DNA of 64,000 bases, from the sequence record SRR20825019_473. The stretch is one strand, 5' to 3'. Numbering within the stretch: the stretch's first letter is position 1; the number at the start of each line of letters is the position of its first letter. A program made the position numbers and the translations under genes. The notes beneath the pieces are model-generated. The model was not told the DNA's origin, searched no databases, and saw only the letters and a program-made list of their open reading frames with translations. Shown piece after piece: positions 21,701-30,915 of the stretch.

Positions 21701-22173
21701 GCAGGGTCATCACCACGAAGGTTGATGTTCATGATCGGCATTTGCGATGGATCTAGCTCGAAAACGTTCGGCTCAACCGGCAATTGCGGGAAATCTGATT
21801 TTGTTCGTGCATTGTCAATCGCATCTTTTACTTTTTGCAGTGCCTTATCAACGGGCATTTTAAAGTCAAATTTTACACGAATCGTTGTATATCCATGAAC
21901 AGAGTTCGTATTGATTTCATCCACTAGCTTAATTCCACCGATTTCTTTTTCGATGGTTCTAGCGATTTTTTCAGACATGTACTCAGGAGAAGATCCAGGT
22001 TTTGCAATCCCAATATAAATCTCGGGAATCTGCAATTCAGGGAAGTTCTCTTTCGGCATCGATTGGTAGGAAAGAATCCCGCCAAGAACGATAATGGCGG
22101 CTATCAGAAAGACCGTTTTACGATTGTTAACCGCTAAGGTGGAAAGGCCAAATCCTTTTGTTTTGTTTTCCAT
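18706..22173 (-). CDS. RND efflux permease (AcrB/AcrD/AcrF family)
   Basis: GMLVDNGIVTVENI, GVVVNNAIVLID, RLRPVLLTAITTILGLIPLA; 12-TM pattern. Confidence 0.93.
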   Translation of the reverse strand: MENKTKGFGLSTLAVNNRKTVFLIAAIIVLGGILSYQSMPKENFPELQIPEIYIGIAKPGSSPEYMSEKIARTIEKEIGGIKLVDEINTNSVHGYTTIRVKFDFKMPVDKALQKVKDAIDNARTKSDFPQLPVEPNVFELDPSQMPIMNINLRGDDPALLKEIAEKLEDRIEDLREISEVDIRGVQTQEMRIEVDPIRAQSVNVTIEDIQSAVNAEHQTIPGGEVLMDGIRKTIRIEGEFRDAKELSQLIVKQDDFLPVKLDDVAKVEFGNGDTTSYAREFGDPVVMLDVKKQGGENLLDASDKITEILEQAKVDGTIPPSVSVSRTSDQSNNTRDMVSNLLNSIIFGIILVVGVLLFFLGLRNAMFVGVAIPLSMLMSFFILNTMGVTMNVMVLFSLVLALGMLVDNGIVTVENIYRHMSEGKKPTQAVIEAVGEIAKPIIASTATTLAAFVPLALWPGIMGEFMKYLPITLIIVLGSSLFVALVINPVLAVAYMRVTSKKPNRKKILRNSAIFTGIGIIFVLMGALGFGNFLIIAGILSVLNLFVLYPGSVRFQEGFLPKMEAKYERFLTYALGGKRPMVFFLGTVVLLFFSFVLMAVFPPKVDFFPENEPNYVNVFISHPIGTDITVTNETTLQIETKLNQLLKPYMDKDKKSGVSEDLRLIRSIISQVGEGTSDPGAGVAMGNTPHKARITVNFVEFQYRNGVMTSEILKKIQEGLKDDFTADIEITVDKESNGPPQGAPINLDVTGRGDYRDLIVQATKIKTYLDSCNVKGVEKLKLNVEANRPEIPISVDRDQVRKLNASTYQVGMAIRKALLGEDISTYTKDDESYDIVVKFNKENRESLDALLDQRLIFRNNMGKMMNIPVRSVVHDPKEVSSYTAVVRKDQVPLVTVTSNVTEGENANQVVDSLKVKMAAFEKAERMKDGMTYSFTGQQEEQAKEMAFLSKALLIAVFLILLIIVAQFNSYSMPSVIMLTVLLSLIGVLLGLVISRQNFVIMMTMIGIISLAGVVVNNAIVLIDYTNLLRKNRREELKLEEDEVLPYEEIVSAAIEAGKTRLRPVLLTAITTILGLIPLAIGFNIDFFSFLTTYDPKIYFGGDNNMFFAPMSWAIIYGLTFATFLTLVIIPALYLLMHKLKIWIYRIFNWEFKSNI

Positions 22174-22182
22174 GGTTTCTAA

Positions 22183-23262
22183 TTAGTTACTCATTTTTTT
22201 TGTTCTAACTTCTTCACCTGTGGCAACACCACGAGCTCCCTCTACGATTACAAATTCTCCCACTTTTAGCGGAGAAGAAGGGTCAACAAGCGTTTTACCT
22301 TCGAAGGTTTCAATTACTTTAATTTTCATTTTAGTGACTTTGTAAAGACCTTTTTTGTCACCTTTCAAAGGCGTTGCAACAAATACGAAGTCATTGCTTT
22401 CTTGATCTTTCAGTACACTTTTAGAAGGAATCACAATCCCGTCTTTTACAGACATATCTGTGATACTTACTTCAGCCAACATGTTCGGAAGAAAATCCTT
22501 GTTGTTTTTAATCGTCGACATGATTCTGAACGTTCGGTTGGTTGGTTCGATGTAGTTACCAACATTAGTAATCTTCAAATTGATTGATGTGTCTGAGTAA
22601 TTTGGAAATGAAACACGCATTTCAGTTCCAATTTTCAATTTGTAAAAGTGTTTTTCAGAAACCGTTGATACAATATCAACCGTATTGCTATTCACCAATC
22701 TTACAATCGGAGAAGCAGGTCCTGCCATTTGTCCATCTTTTGCAAAAACTTGATCAATCACACCTGAAAAAGGAGCTTTGATTACCGCTTTTCCTCTTTG
22801 CGTATTCAAAGAATTCACGTTTGCTTTAAGCGATTTAACACGGTTTTTTGCTGTTTCTAAATCGAATTCAGAACCAACACCACGTTTTTTCAATTCTTCC
22901 TGTTTCCCAAGCATGTATTCTGCATATTCGAGTTGAGTTTGAATTTCTTGAACATTAGAGGATAATACCGATGCATCCACGCGAGCAATTACTTGACCTT
23001 GGCTAACGCGTTGACCAGTTTTTACATTAATTGATGTAATCAATCCACCCATTTCTGAGCTTAAGGTTACGTCTTGATCAGTTTCAACATTTCCTTGTAC
23101 TCGAATTTCGTGCGTAAAATCTGATGTGATAACTTCTTGTATTGTCACCAATGGTTTTAAGTCCACGGTAGCTTCTTCTTCTGAAGATTTTTGTGAACCA
23201 CAAGACGTTACGAGAAGAGTGCTTGCGGTGAACAAAAGAATTCCTATTAATTGCGTTTTCAT
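22183..23262 (-). CDS. RND periplasmic adaptor (MFP) lipoprotein
   Basis: Lipobox LVTSC; GQRVSQGQ lipoyl-like motif, IKAPFSGVI; start taken at MKTQLIG. Confidence 0.9.
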   Translation of the reverse strand: MKTQLIGILLFTASTLLVTSCGSQKSSEEEATVDLKPLVTIQEVITSDFTHEIRVQGNVETDQDVTLSSEMGGLITSINVKTGQRVSQGQVIARVDASVLSSNVQEIQTQLEYAEYMLGKQEELKKRGVGSEFDLETAKNRVKSLKANVNSLNTQRGKAVIKAPFSGVIDQVFAKDGQMAGPASPIVRLVNSNTVDIVSTVSEKHFYKLKIGTEMRVSFPNYSDTSINLKITNVGNYIEPTNRTFRIMSTIKNNKDFLPNMLAEVSITDMSVKDGIVIPSKSVLKDQESNDFVFVATPLKGDKKGLYKVTKMKIKVIETFEGKTLVDPSSPLKVGEFVIVEGARGVATGEEVRTKKMSN

Positions 23263-23272
23263 TTTAATTATT

Positions 23273-24601
23273 TTATTCGTTTGGTAAAATAGAATTGTAA
23301 AGTTTGTCAAGGGTGAGTTTTGCTTGGAAAAGATCCACCAGTGAACCAATGTATTGTGCTTGAGCTACCATCAATTGATTGTATTTTTGAGTAGCCGCAA
23401 TACTATTTCCTTCTCCAATCTCCTCACGTGTAATTGCATTGTCATACAACTTGCGTGCGAGTTCGATGTTTTGTTTTTGTAAATCATGCTTAGTCTGAGC
23501 GCCAATCAGATGATTTTTCGCTTGTTGCTCCTGAAACTTAAGTGTCTGCTCCATTTGCGACAGTGAGTTTTGATCCTTCATAAGTTCAATTTTCGCTTGT
23601 GAAGTTTTTGCTTGTCTCGAAAGTCCAGAAAACACAGGTACATTGAGTTTTAATCCCCAAACCGTTTGATCGAACCAAGGCTCACTTGAGAAGAAGTCAA
23701 ACTCATTTCTGTAAGCATTGTATGAATGCGAGAAAAAGGCGTTCAATGTCGGAAGGTTTGCGAATTTGTAGTTTTTCACATTGAATTCAGACAAAACAAT
23801 TTTCTTTTCGATCAGCGTGTATGTCAAATTCTCCTTGATGTTCCCATTACTGATGGAAGGCTTGCTGATCAATTCTTCAGTAGATTGTTGAATCAAAATC
23901 GGCTGTTCCATTGGGTAACCCATCGCAAATTTTAGCATGTCAATTGTATTTGCACACTGTAGTTCTGCTGAAATACGAGCTTCTTTAGCTGTCGATAAAG
24001 AAAACAACAATTGATCCATATCTTCTTGCTTCATTAAACCAAGCTCAGCATAGTTTTCTTGCTTTTCGATTAGCCTTTCCGTAATGGATACCATAGAATC
24101 AACAAAGTTTAAATTCTCTTTAGCGACCGCAGCCAATTGATAGGCTTGAATGACATTAAAGACAATTTCTTCCTTAGTAATATCCGCAGCAGACACTTGA
24201 AAGTTTGCATAATAGCGCGAAGCTTGAAGACCAATGATGTACGAACCGTTGAATAACAATTGTCCTACTTCAAGACTAGCAGATGAGCTATAATCTGTCC
24301 CAGCTCTAAATGAAACAAGTGTTCCTGGAGGTGCGCTTGGGTTAAAAAACTGAGCGTCAATTACTTGAACAGGAAGGTTAATGAAGTTACTAAAGCTTCC
24401 ATTGATATTCACCTGAGGAAGTCCCATTCCGCGGGTTTCAATCACTTTTTGTTCGGCAATTTTCACGTCGAGTAGCGCGTTTTTGACATTCCAGTTGTTT
24501 TCCAACGCATAGGCTTTTGCGGCTTCCAACGTGAATGTTTCTTGAGACCATCCTCTTCCAGAAAGGAAGAAAACAATCCCCATTATGATGATTCTATTCA
24601 T
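23273..24601 (-). CDS. TolC family outer membrane efflux protein
   Basis: Signal peptide, TLEAAKAYALENN, LPQVN and LPTLN repeats, LNVPVFSG; position in the operon. Confidence 0.9.
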   Translation of the reverse strand: MNRIIIMGIVFFLSGRGWSQETFTLEAAKAYALENNWNVKNALLDVKIAEQKVIETRGMGLPQVNINGSFSNFINLPVQVIDAQFFNPSAPPGTLVSFRAGTDYSSSASLEVGQLLFNGSYIIGLQASRYYANFQVSAADITKEEIVFNVIQAYQLAAVAKENLNFVDSMVSITERLIEKQENYAELGLMKQEDMDQLLFSLSTAKEARISAELQCANTIDMLKFAMGYPMEQPILIQQSTEELISKPSISNGNIKENLTYTLIEKKIVLSEFNVKNYKFANLPTLNAFFSHSYNAYRNEFDFFSSEPWFDQTVWGLKLNVPVFSGLSRQAKTSQAKIELMKDQNSLSQMEQTLKFQEQQAKNHLIGAQTKHDLQKQNIELARKLYDNAITREEIGEGNSIAATQKYNQLMVAQAQYIGSLVDLFQAKLTLDKLYNSILPNE

Positions 24602-25211
24602 TGATTTGGATGTTATATTTCTCATTTAAGTAATTGATTCCGTTTGCATTTGCCAACCCTCTCAGGTGAAAGCGCTGTACCTCTAATATTACTTCGTCTA
24701 ATTTGAACTCAGGCCATGCGAATGATTCACCGTTCATGACGAAATCCAAGGAGGCCACATAGATCCGCGAGATAATCTCCGCGTTAACGTTTTTTCTGTA
24801 CATGTTCTCGTCAATTCCACGAAGTATGTTCTTTCTAATATTGTGAAGAATGAAGCCGCTTTTGTGTTCCTCAATGAGTTTCCAAGTGTCGGCATGGTAC
24901 TTTTTTAAGTCATAAAAAACCGTGGGATTTACGTTTTGCAAATGCTCAACGACAAAATTCCCAAGACTCAACAACGCTTCAATTGCATTTTCACCCGTCG
25001 TCATACATGCCTCGCACGTGTTACGGTCAAGTTCAAGTTTTTGACTTAATATGGAGTATACCAAAGCATTTTTATCTTCAAAATACTTGTAGATAGTTTT
25101 TTTGGATACACCTAACTCACGAGACAGGTCGTCCATCGTTACGCTCTTAATGCCGTAACGCATGAAAACCTCTGTAGCTCGCTCTAAAATTTCCTCTCGC
25201 TTCTGATCCAT
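24594..25211 (-). CDS. TetR/AcrR family transcriptional regulator
   Basis: F.RYGIKSVTMDDLSRELGVSKKTIYKYFEDK helix-turn-helix; start taken at MDQKREE. Confidence 0.92.
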   Translation of the reverse strand: MDQKREEILERATEVFMRYGIKSVTMDDLSRELGVSKKTIYKYFEDKNALVYSILSQKLELDRNTCEACMTTGENAIEALLSLGNFVVEHLQNVNPTVFYDLKKYHADTWKLIEEHKSGFILHNIRKNILRGIDENMYRKNVNAEIISRIYVASLDFVMNGESFAWPEFKLDEVILEVQRFHLRGLANANGINYLNEKYNIQINE

Positions 25212-25238
25212 GGCGCAAAAGTAACTCAAAAATCATTA

Positions 25239-25268
25239 TGGAAACTATTTTAGTGTGTAAAGTTTCCA
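25239..25268. promoter_or_regulatory. Inverted repeat, candidate TetR operator
   Basis: TGGAAACT-N14-AGTTTCCA in the tetR/rnhA divergent region, next to the minus-strand TACTTTTG (25216-25223). Confidence 0.55.
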
Positions 25269-25312
25269 AAGTTTTTTATTCGGCAGAATTATTTCATGGT
25301 ATCTTCGTTGAA

Positions 25313-25804
25313 ATGAGTGAAATGATAGAGATTTTTACCGATGGTTCGGCGAAGGGTAATCCTGGTCCTGGAGGTTATGGAATTGTAATGCGCTTCGGCG
25401 GGAAAGAAAAAGAAATTTCTCAGGGGTATCGATTAACGACCAATAATCGAATGGAGTTAATGGCGGTTATTGTGGCTCTTGAGTCGTTAAAAACAAATAA
25501 ATATCCGGTGCGGGTTTGTTCGGATTCTAAATATGTGATTGATTCAATTACAAAAGGATGGGTTTTTGGATGGCAAAAAAAGAACTTCAAAGGAAAGAAG
25601 AACGAAGATTTGTGGAGAAGATACCTCCAGGTTCATTCTCGGTTTAAGATTACCTTTCAATGGATTAAAGGTCATGCGGGACATAGAGAAAACGAACGTT
25701 GTGATGTGCTTGCTGTAGCTGCTGCGGATGGTAAAAATCATCTAATCGACGCTTTTTTTGAAGATCAAGCAAAGTCGGATAATTCTGGTGAGATGTTCGC
25801 GTAA
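25313..25804 (+). CDS. rnhA: Ribonuclease HI
   Basis: FTDGSAKGNPGPGG, TTNNRMELMA, DSKYV, WIKGHAGHRENERCD; start at 25313 or 25322. Confidence 0.95.
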   Translation: MSEMIEIFTDGSAKGNPGPGGYGIVMRFGGKEKEISQGYRLTTNNRMELMAVIVALESLKTNKYPVRVCSDSKYVIDSITKGWVFGWQKKNFKGKKNEDLWRRYLQVHSRFKITFQWIKGHAGHRENERCDVLAVAAADGKNHLIDAFFEDQAKSDNSGEMFA

Positions 25805-25831
25805 ATCGCTGAATGTGTTTTTAATAGTTAT

Positions 25832-26536
25832 CTATGCTTGTTTGGAAACGATCCGTGATGATTCCAATTGTACAAGACATGCTTTAATAAATGTGTAAAT
25901 AATCGGGTGGGGAAGTTCTCTTGTGGAAGAGATTTGTGGGCAGAAACCACAGCCTACAAAGAAAGGATGCGTTTTTAAACTTATAATTTCTGGATCTTCA
26001 AATTGATTGTACGCTTCAATATCTGCAATGTCTCCTTCTAGTTCTCTAATCAATTGTGGATAAAGAGAGAAACGGCTTGAACTCAATTCTACTTTAGAAT
26101 GATTCCCGTAGAGTTTGATAAAGGCATCTGAGTGAGGCGTTACCTGAATTGTTTCAAACTGTTGGCCATCGATAAGGTTGTCCGAAACTAATTTTTCATT
26201 CTGACGATTGAGTTGATACATCTGAATGAGAGCTTCCACAAATGTTTTATATCCCTCGCCTGTAATTAAAGTAGGGAAGGTTTTCCCCATTATTTCTTTT
26301 AAAATTCCAGCTAGGAAAAATTCATTGTTGATTGGTCCTGGAGCAATAATGAAGCCATCGTATTGATTAAATTGCTGAGAACGGAACCCAACCATTTCAT
26401 TCAATTTGATCCAGTAATAACTTATATCAAGATCTAAAAATGTAGCGGCATGGTCGATCGCGAGATTAGTCGCGTGGTGCGAGTTATAGGTGAAATTGTA
26501 ATCACCAATGATGCCTATTTTTAAAGTTTGACTCAC
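25832..26536 (-). CDS. CTP-synthase-like class I glutamine amidotransferase domain protein, catalytically degenerate
   Basis: KIGIIGDY...SHHAT..AIDHA, YDGFIIAPG, HPFFVG; nucleophile Cys and H-P-E are not conserved. Confidence 0.7.
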   Translation of the reverse strand: MSQTLKIGIIGDYNFTYNSHHATNLAIDHAATFLDLDISYYWIKLNEMVGFRSQQFNQYDGFIIAPGPINNEFFLAGILKEIMGKTFPTLITGEGYKTFVEALIQMYQLNRQNEKLVSDNLIDGQQFETIQVTPHSDAFIKLYGNHSKVELSSSRFSLYPQLIRELEGDIADIEAYNQFEDPEIISLKTHPFFVGCGFCPQISSTRELPHPIIYTFIKACLVQLESSRIVSKQA

Positions 26537-26570
26537 GTTATCATATTACTTAGAGTCGCTTTGCCCAAAT

Positions 26571-27224
26571 TTAGCGTTTAAACCAACATCTAAGTGTAGC
26601 ATTTTCAATGTTTAATGAGTCCAATTGAAGTACCGGAGGACTTAATAATAAGCTATCAGGGTGAAGACTGTAAACGTAACCTTCAAAATTACAGATGAAT
26701 TTTGAGTAATCTCCCGTAGCATCAGACTCTTGTTTAATTCCAGTGAACTCAACATCTTGAGGATTTGTACTGCTTCCAGAACTTCTCCATTCACGACCGT
26801 TTTGATCTAAATAAAGAATTTCAAATCCGTCTGCTCCGAAATCTGAAAAGTCAGGAGCATCGTTATTCTTAAAGAAAGCATTAAAGAGAGCTACCGTTGG
26901 GTCTGGTGATACAGTTGCATCCCAGTTTACACTTCCCATTCCTACAGAGATGGATTGAACATAAGCTCCTGAAGTGGACGCCATTGTTGAGTAATATACC
27001 GCTTTAGACATCGCAGGTGGAGGTGGAATCGTTTTTGATTTAGTAGAACTTCCACGGTAAGAAAGTACATTTTGCGTAAATTCTACGTCCGTACCATTAA
27101 TAGTTCCGAAAAAGTGTGCTTCTAAATCAACCTTTGGTTCCGGTGCTGGAACAATTTCATGTTTTACACACGCTGAAAACGCGAGAACAGCCACTCCTGC
27201 AACAAATAAGCCCTTTAGTATCAT
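26571..27224 (-). CDS. Hypothetical lipoprotein
   Basis: Lipobox AFSAC; F.GTINGT. Confidence 0.75.
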   Translation of the reverse strand: MILKGLFVAGVAVLAFSACVKHEIVPAPEPKVDLEAHFFGTINGTDVEFTQNVLSYRGSSTKSKTIPPPPAMSKAVYYSTMASTSGAYVQSISVGMGSVNWDATVSPDPTVALFNAFFKNNDAPDFSDFGADGFEILYLDQNGREWRSSGSSTNPQDVEFTGIKQESDATGDYSKFICNFEGYVYSLHPDSLLLSPPVLQLDSLNIENATLRCWFKR

Positions 27225-27324
27225 AATTTACGTAGTTGAGATTGACAGTATATCAATCTAAATATAAACTAAAGTACGAAAAAAATAGGTGAAAGGTTGC
27301 CAAATGGAGGCGAATATTAATTGA

Positions 27325-27645
27325 TTAAGCTCTAATTTGACGGATTGAATCATTACTCTGTACGAAAGTTAAGTCAACAAATGAATCTGTTAAGTCTTCG
27401 AAATGAGCAAAATAGAGGTCGGTATCTGGTCCGCTCGGAGTCGTTTGTAAATGATCCGTTAATTCGAAATCGGAGTTTTGATTTTTAAGTTGATTCATCA
27501 CCATGTTCAACTGAGTTTGACTAATGATCAATTCAGTTTCAAATGACATAGTGCCTTGAGAAATAGTTCCCTTAACAAGAACGTCAGAATCATTTGACTC
27601 AAATAGAAAAGAAGAAATCTGTAATTTTTTATCGTTTGCGCTCAT
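27325..27645 (-). CDS. Hypothetical acidic protein
   Basis: 106-aa ORF with an A-rich leader, filling the intergenic gap. Confidence 0.65.
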   Translation of the reverse strand: MSANDKKLQISSFLFESNDSDVLVKGTISQGTMSFETELIISQTQLNMVMNQLKNQNSDFELTDHLQTTPSGPDTDLYFAHFEDLTDSFVDLTFVQSNDSIRQIRA

Positions 27646-27774
27646 AACTATGTTTTTTTGTTAAATCAAATATCGGACAGCAAAACGTAATCTATTTACG
27701 TTGTGTGATTTGTTTGAAAAATGATCCAGAAACGCTCAAAAAATGTAACTTCAAAGCCTTGAAATTTTGATCTT

Positions 27775-29067
27775 ATGAAATATACCAGAATCAGTAGTCA
27801 ACTCTTTATTGATAACAGAAAGCGCTTCGTTGCGCAGATGGAACCATCCTCGTTAGCGGTGTTTAATTCGAATGATATTTATCCTGTTAGCGCAGATAGT
27901 ACAATGCCATTTCAGCAACATCGAGATATTCTGCACTTGTCTGGTGTGGATCAAGAAGAAAGCATATTGATCATTTCACCGAATTCTAAGAATGACGCGC
28001 ACAAAGAAGTTTTGTTTTTGCGTGAAACGAATGATCATATCGCTGTGTGGGAAGGTGCTAAATTGGACAAGAATGCGGCATTCGAAGTGGCTGGAATAAA
28101 AACCGTTTATTGGCTTTCGCAGTTCGATACCATTTTTAAGCAGATGATGTGCGAGGTAGATTCGATCTATTTAAATACGAATGAACACCTTCGCGCAGAT
28201 ACAACTGTTCAAACAAGAGAGGATCGTTTTATTGAGAAAGTAAAGAAGGATTATCCAGCGCACCAAGTGAAAAGAAGTGCGCCAATCATGCATAGAATTC
28301 GTTCTGTAAAATCTCCGATAGAAATAGATTTAATGCAAAAGGCATGTAATATTACGAAGTCAGGGATCGAGAGACTTCTTGGTTTCGTGAAGCCTGGAGT
28401 ATGGGAGTACGAGATTGAAGCTGAGTTGATTCATGAATTTATGCGGAATCGATCAAGAGGATTTGCATACACACCGATCGTTGCATCTGGAGCAAACGCA
28501 TGTGTCCTTCATTACATAGAGAACAATATGCAGTGTAAAGATGGTGATGTAATCTTATTGGATGTTGGAGCCGAATACGCAAATTATGCATCGGATCTTA
28601 CACGCTGCATTCCAGTGAATGGAAGATTTACTGAACGTCAAAAAGCCGTTTATAATTCAGTGCTCCACGTGAAAAGGGAGGCAGAAAAAATGCTAGTCCC
28701 AGGAACGATGATGAACGATTATCATAAGGAAGTGGGTAGTATCATGGAATCCGAACTGTTAAAATTGGGATTGATTGATACAACGGATATTAAAAACCAA
28801 GACGCAAATTGGCCAGCATATAAAAAGTATTTCATGCATGGAACTTCTCACTTCATTGGATTGGATACGCATGACGTAGGTATTTGGAATGAGCCAATAG
28901 CGGCAGGCATGGCTTTCACTTGTGAACCAGGAATTTATATTCCGGCAGAAGGTCTTGGAATTCGCCTCGAAGACGATTTGGTGGTGAGTGAATCAGGAGC
29001 GCCGATTAATTTAATGGGTGATATTCCAATTGAAGCTGATCACATCGAAACGTTAATGAATGGCTAA
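27775..29067 (+). CDS. pepP: Xaa-Pro aminopeptidase (M24B)
   Basis: AMP_N domain; LHY, LLDVGAEY.NYASDLTR, HGTSHFIGLDTHD, TCEPGIY, GIRLEDD. Confidence 0.9.
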   Translation: MKYTRISSQLFIDNRKRFVAQMEPSSLAVFNSNDIYPVSADSTMPFQQHRDILHLSGVDQEESILIISPNSKNDAHKEVLFLRETNDHIAVWEGAKLDKNAAFEVAGIKTVYWLSQFDTIFKQMMCEVDSIYLNTNEHLRADTTVQTREDRFIEKVKKDYPAHQVKRSAPIMHRIRSVKSPIEIDLMQKACNITKSGIERLLGFVKPGVWEYEIEAELIHEFMRNRSRGFAYTPIVASGANACVLHYIENNMQCKDGDVILLDVGAEYANYASDLTRCIPVNGRFTERQKAVYNSVLHVKREAEKMLVPGTMMNDYHKEVGSIMESELLKLGLIDTTDIKNQDANWPAYKKYFMHGTSHFIGLDTHDVGIWNEPIAAGMAFTCEPGIYIPAEGLGIRLEDDLVVSESGAPINLMGDIPIEADHIETLMNG

Positions 29068-29833
29068 TTCCCCGGAAGATAATTTATTGACATACAGGGT
29101 ATTTGGAAACGGATACCCTGTCGTTTTTCTTCATGGTTTTTTGGAGTCCAAGTCGATGTGGAATCAACTGTGTGAAGCGAAGGATTTTTGCTCTGTTCTG
29201 ATTGATTTACCAGGGCATGGAGATAATGCGAATAGCGAAGATTCGGCATACTCAATGCTTGAAATGGCTTTGCAAACGCAGAAGGTGATAAAACATTTAG
29301 GACTAGAGAAGTACGCGGTTGTTGGGCACTCTATGGGTGGTTATGTTGCGTTGGAACTGATGAAAATGGAGTCCGATTGTGAAAAAGCTCTGTTACTTAA
29401 TTCGAATTTTTGGACGGATTCAATAGATAAAAAAAGAGATAGAAAACGGGTAGCGGATGTTGTATTTAAGAACAAATCACTTTTTTTATACGAAGCAATC
29501 CCGAATCTTTTCTATGATCCTTCGGCGCATGATCAAAGTGTAAAAGACTTGATTCAAGAAGCACTTTTGATGAGTCCTGAGGCAATTGCCGCTTGTTCTC
29601 TTGCAATGAGCGTTCGAAATAACAATACGAGTTGGATGAAGGAGAATGGACGGCTTATCACGATCGTTCAAGGTGCTGAGGATAGAATTGTTCCGGCAGA
29701 ATTAATGAAGGAAAACCTTAAAGACATTAAATGCAATTATGTGTCTGTTCCAAATATAGGACACATGGCGCATATAGAAGCACGGGAAGAAGTAAGTGAA
29801 ATTTTAGATAATTTCGTGAAAAATGAACAATAA
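29060..29833 (+). CDS. Alpha/beta fold hydrolase
   Basis: LHGF, DLPGHG, GHSMGG nucleophile elbow, GAEDRIVP, GHMAH. Confidence 0.9.
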   Translation: MANSPEDNLLTYRVFGNGYPVVFLHGFLESKSMWNQLCEAKDFCSVLIDLPGHGDNANSEDSAYSMLEMALQTQKVIKHLGLEKYAVVGHSMGGYVALELMKMESDCEKALLLNSNFWTDSIDKKRDRKRVADVVFKNKSLFLYEAIPNLFYDPSAHDQSVKDLIQEALLMSPEAIAACSLAMSVRNNNTSWMKENGRLITIVQGAEDRIVPAELMKENLKDIKCNYVSVPNIGHMAHIEAREEVSEILDNFVKNEQ

Positions 29834-29842
29834 AATTAGATC

Positions 29843-29870
29843 AAAAAAAACGGAAACTTTAGTTTCCGTT
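29843..29870 (-). terminator. Intrinsic terminator with the U tail on the minus strand
   Basis: aacggaaac-ttta-gtttccgtt preceded by an A run. Confidence 0.65.
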
Positions 29871-30138
29871 ATCATTAAATATCCAGATAATCTGAATTGT
29901 TGAGTGTACATTTCTTTTCATAAGCAGGGGATTGTTCAGTTTAACATAACCCTAAGTTACGGCGAATGGTCGTTTGTTTCGTTAAAAAAACTTAAACGGT
30001 CATGTAGATTTAGCGAAAGGGTGTTAAATTTCTGTTAACTGATTTACATCGTATGTTACTGGTTCCGTTTTCCGAATGCATCTGTAATTTAATGGTAACT
30101 TAGATTAAGTACTAAGCGATAACCAAAACTATAATCAA

Positions 30139-30915
30139 ATGAAACTAAGAGCTTTAATTGTTGATGACGAAGAATTTGCACGTAAAAACCTAATTATGAT
30201 GCTCGAAGAGCATTGCCCTGAGATTGAGGTGATTGGGGAAGCATCACGAAAAGATCAGGCAAAGGCGATCATTGAGTCTTCTGAGCCAGATGTTGTTTTT
30301 TTGGACATAAGAATGCCTTCCGGAGCTGAAGGGTTTGAACTCCTAGAAGAAATTGAAAACAAAAATTTCCTCGTTGTTTTTGTTACGGCATTTAAAGATT
30401 ATGCCATTCGTGCATTTAATGCTAGCGCGGTTTACTACGTATTGAAACCGATTGATATTGAAGAGCTGAGATCTGCAGTAGATCGATTGGTTGAGTCGAA
30501 ACAACATTTTCAAAGTGATCCAGAGAATTATTCGACCTATTTTGAGTCTCTCAGAAATTTATCTCATAATCTATTAAATAAAAAACAAATCTCACGGATT
30601 GCCATTAGTCATACAAAAGGACTGAAGATTATTGAAGATAGTACAATCACACACCTAGAAGCGAGTGGAAATTGCACGACAATATATTTTCAAGATGGCA
30701 CAAGGTACTTGGATACAAGAACCCTCAAGGTTTATGAGAACTTGTTGAATCCAGATAAATTTTGCAGAATCCATAAATCACACATTATCAACCTCAATAT
30801 GCTTAAGGAGTATGTGAATGAAGATGGTCATTTCGCTGTTTTGGCGGGAGGAAAAAGAATTCCAGTAGCTAGAAACCGGGTAACAGACTTCGTTAAAATG
30901 TTAAAGAAGTATTAA
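30139..30915 (+). CDS. LytTR family response regulator
   Basis: IVDDE, FLDIRMP, VTAF, LKPID receiver domain; FCRIHKSHIINL LytTR domain. Confidence 0.93.
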   Translation: MKLRALIVDDEEFARKNLIMMLEEHCPEIEVIGEASRKDQAKAIIESSEPDVVFLDIRMPSGAEGFELLEEIENKNFLVVFVTAFKDYAIRAFNASAVYYVLKPIDIEELRSAVDRLVESKQHFQSDPENYSTYFESLRNLSHNLLNKKQISRIAISHTKGLKIIEDSTITHLEASGNCTTIYFQDGTRYLDTRTLKVYENLLNPDKFCRIHKSHIINLNMLKEYVNEDGHFAVLAGGKRIPVARNRVTDFVKMLKKY

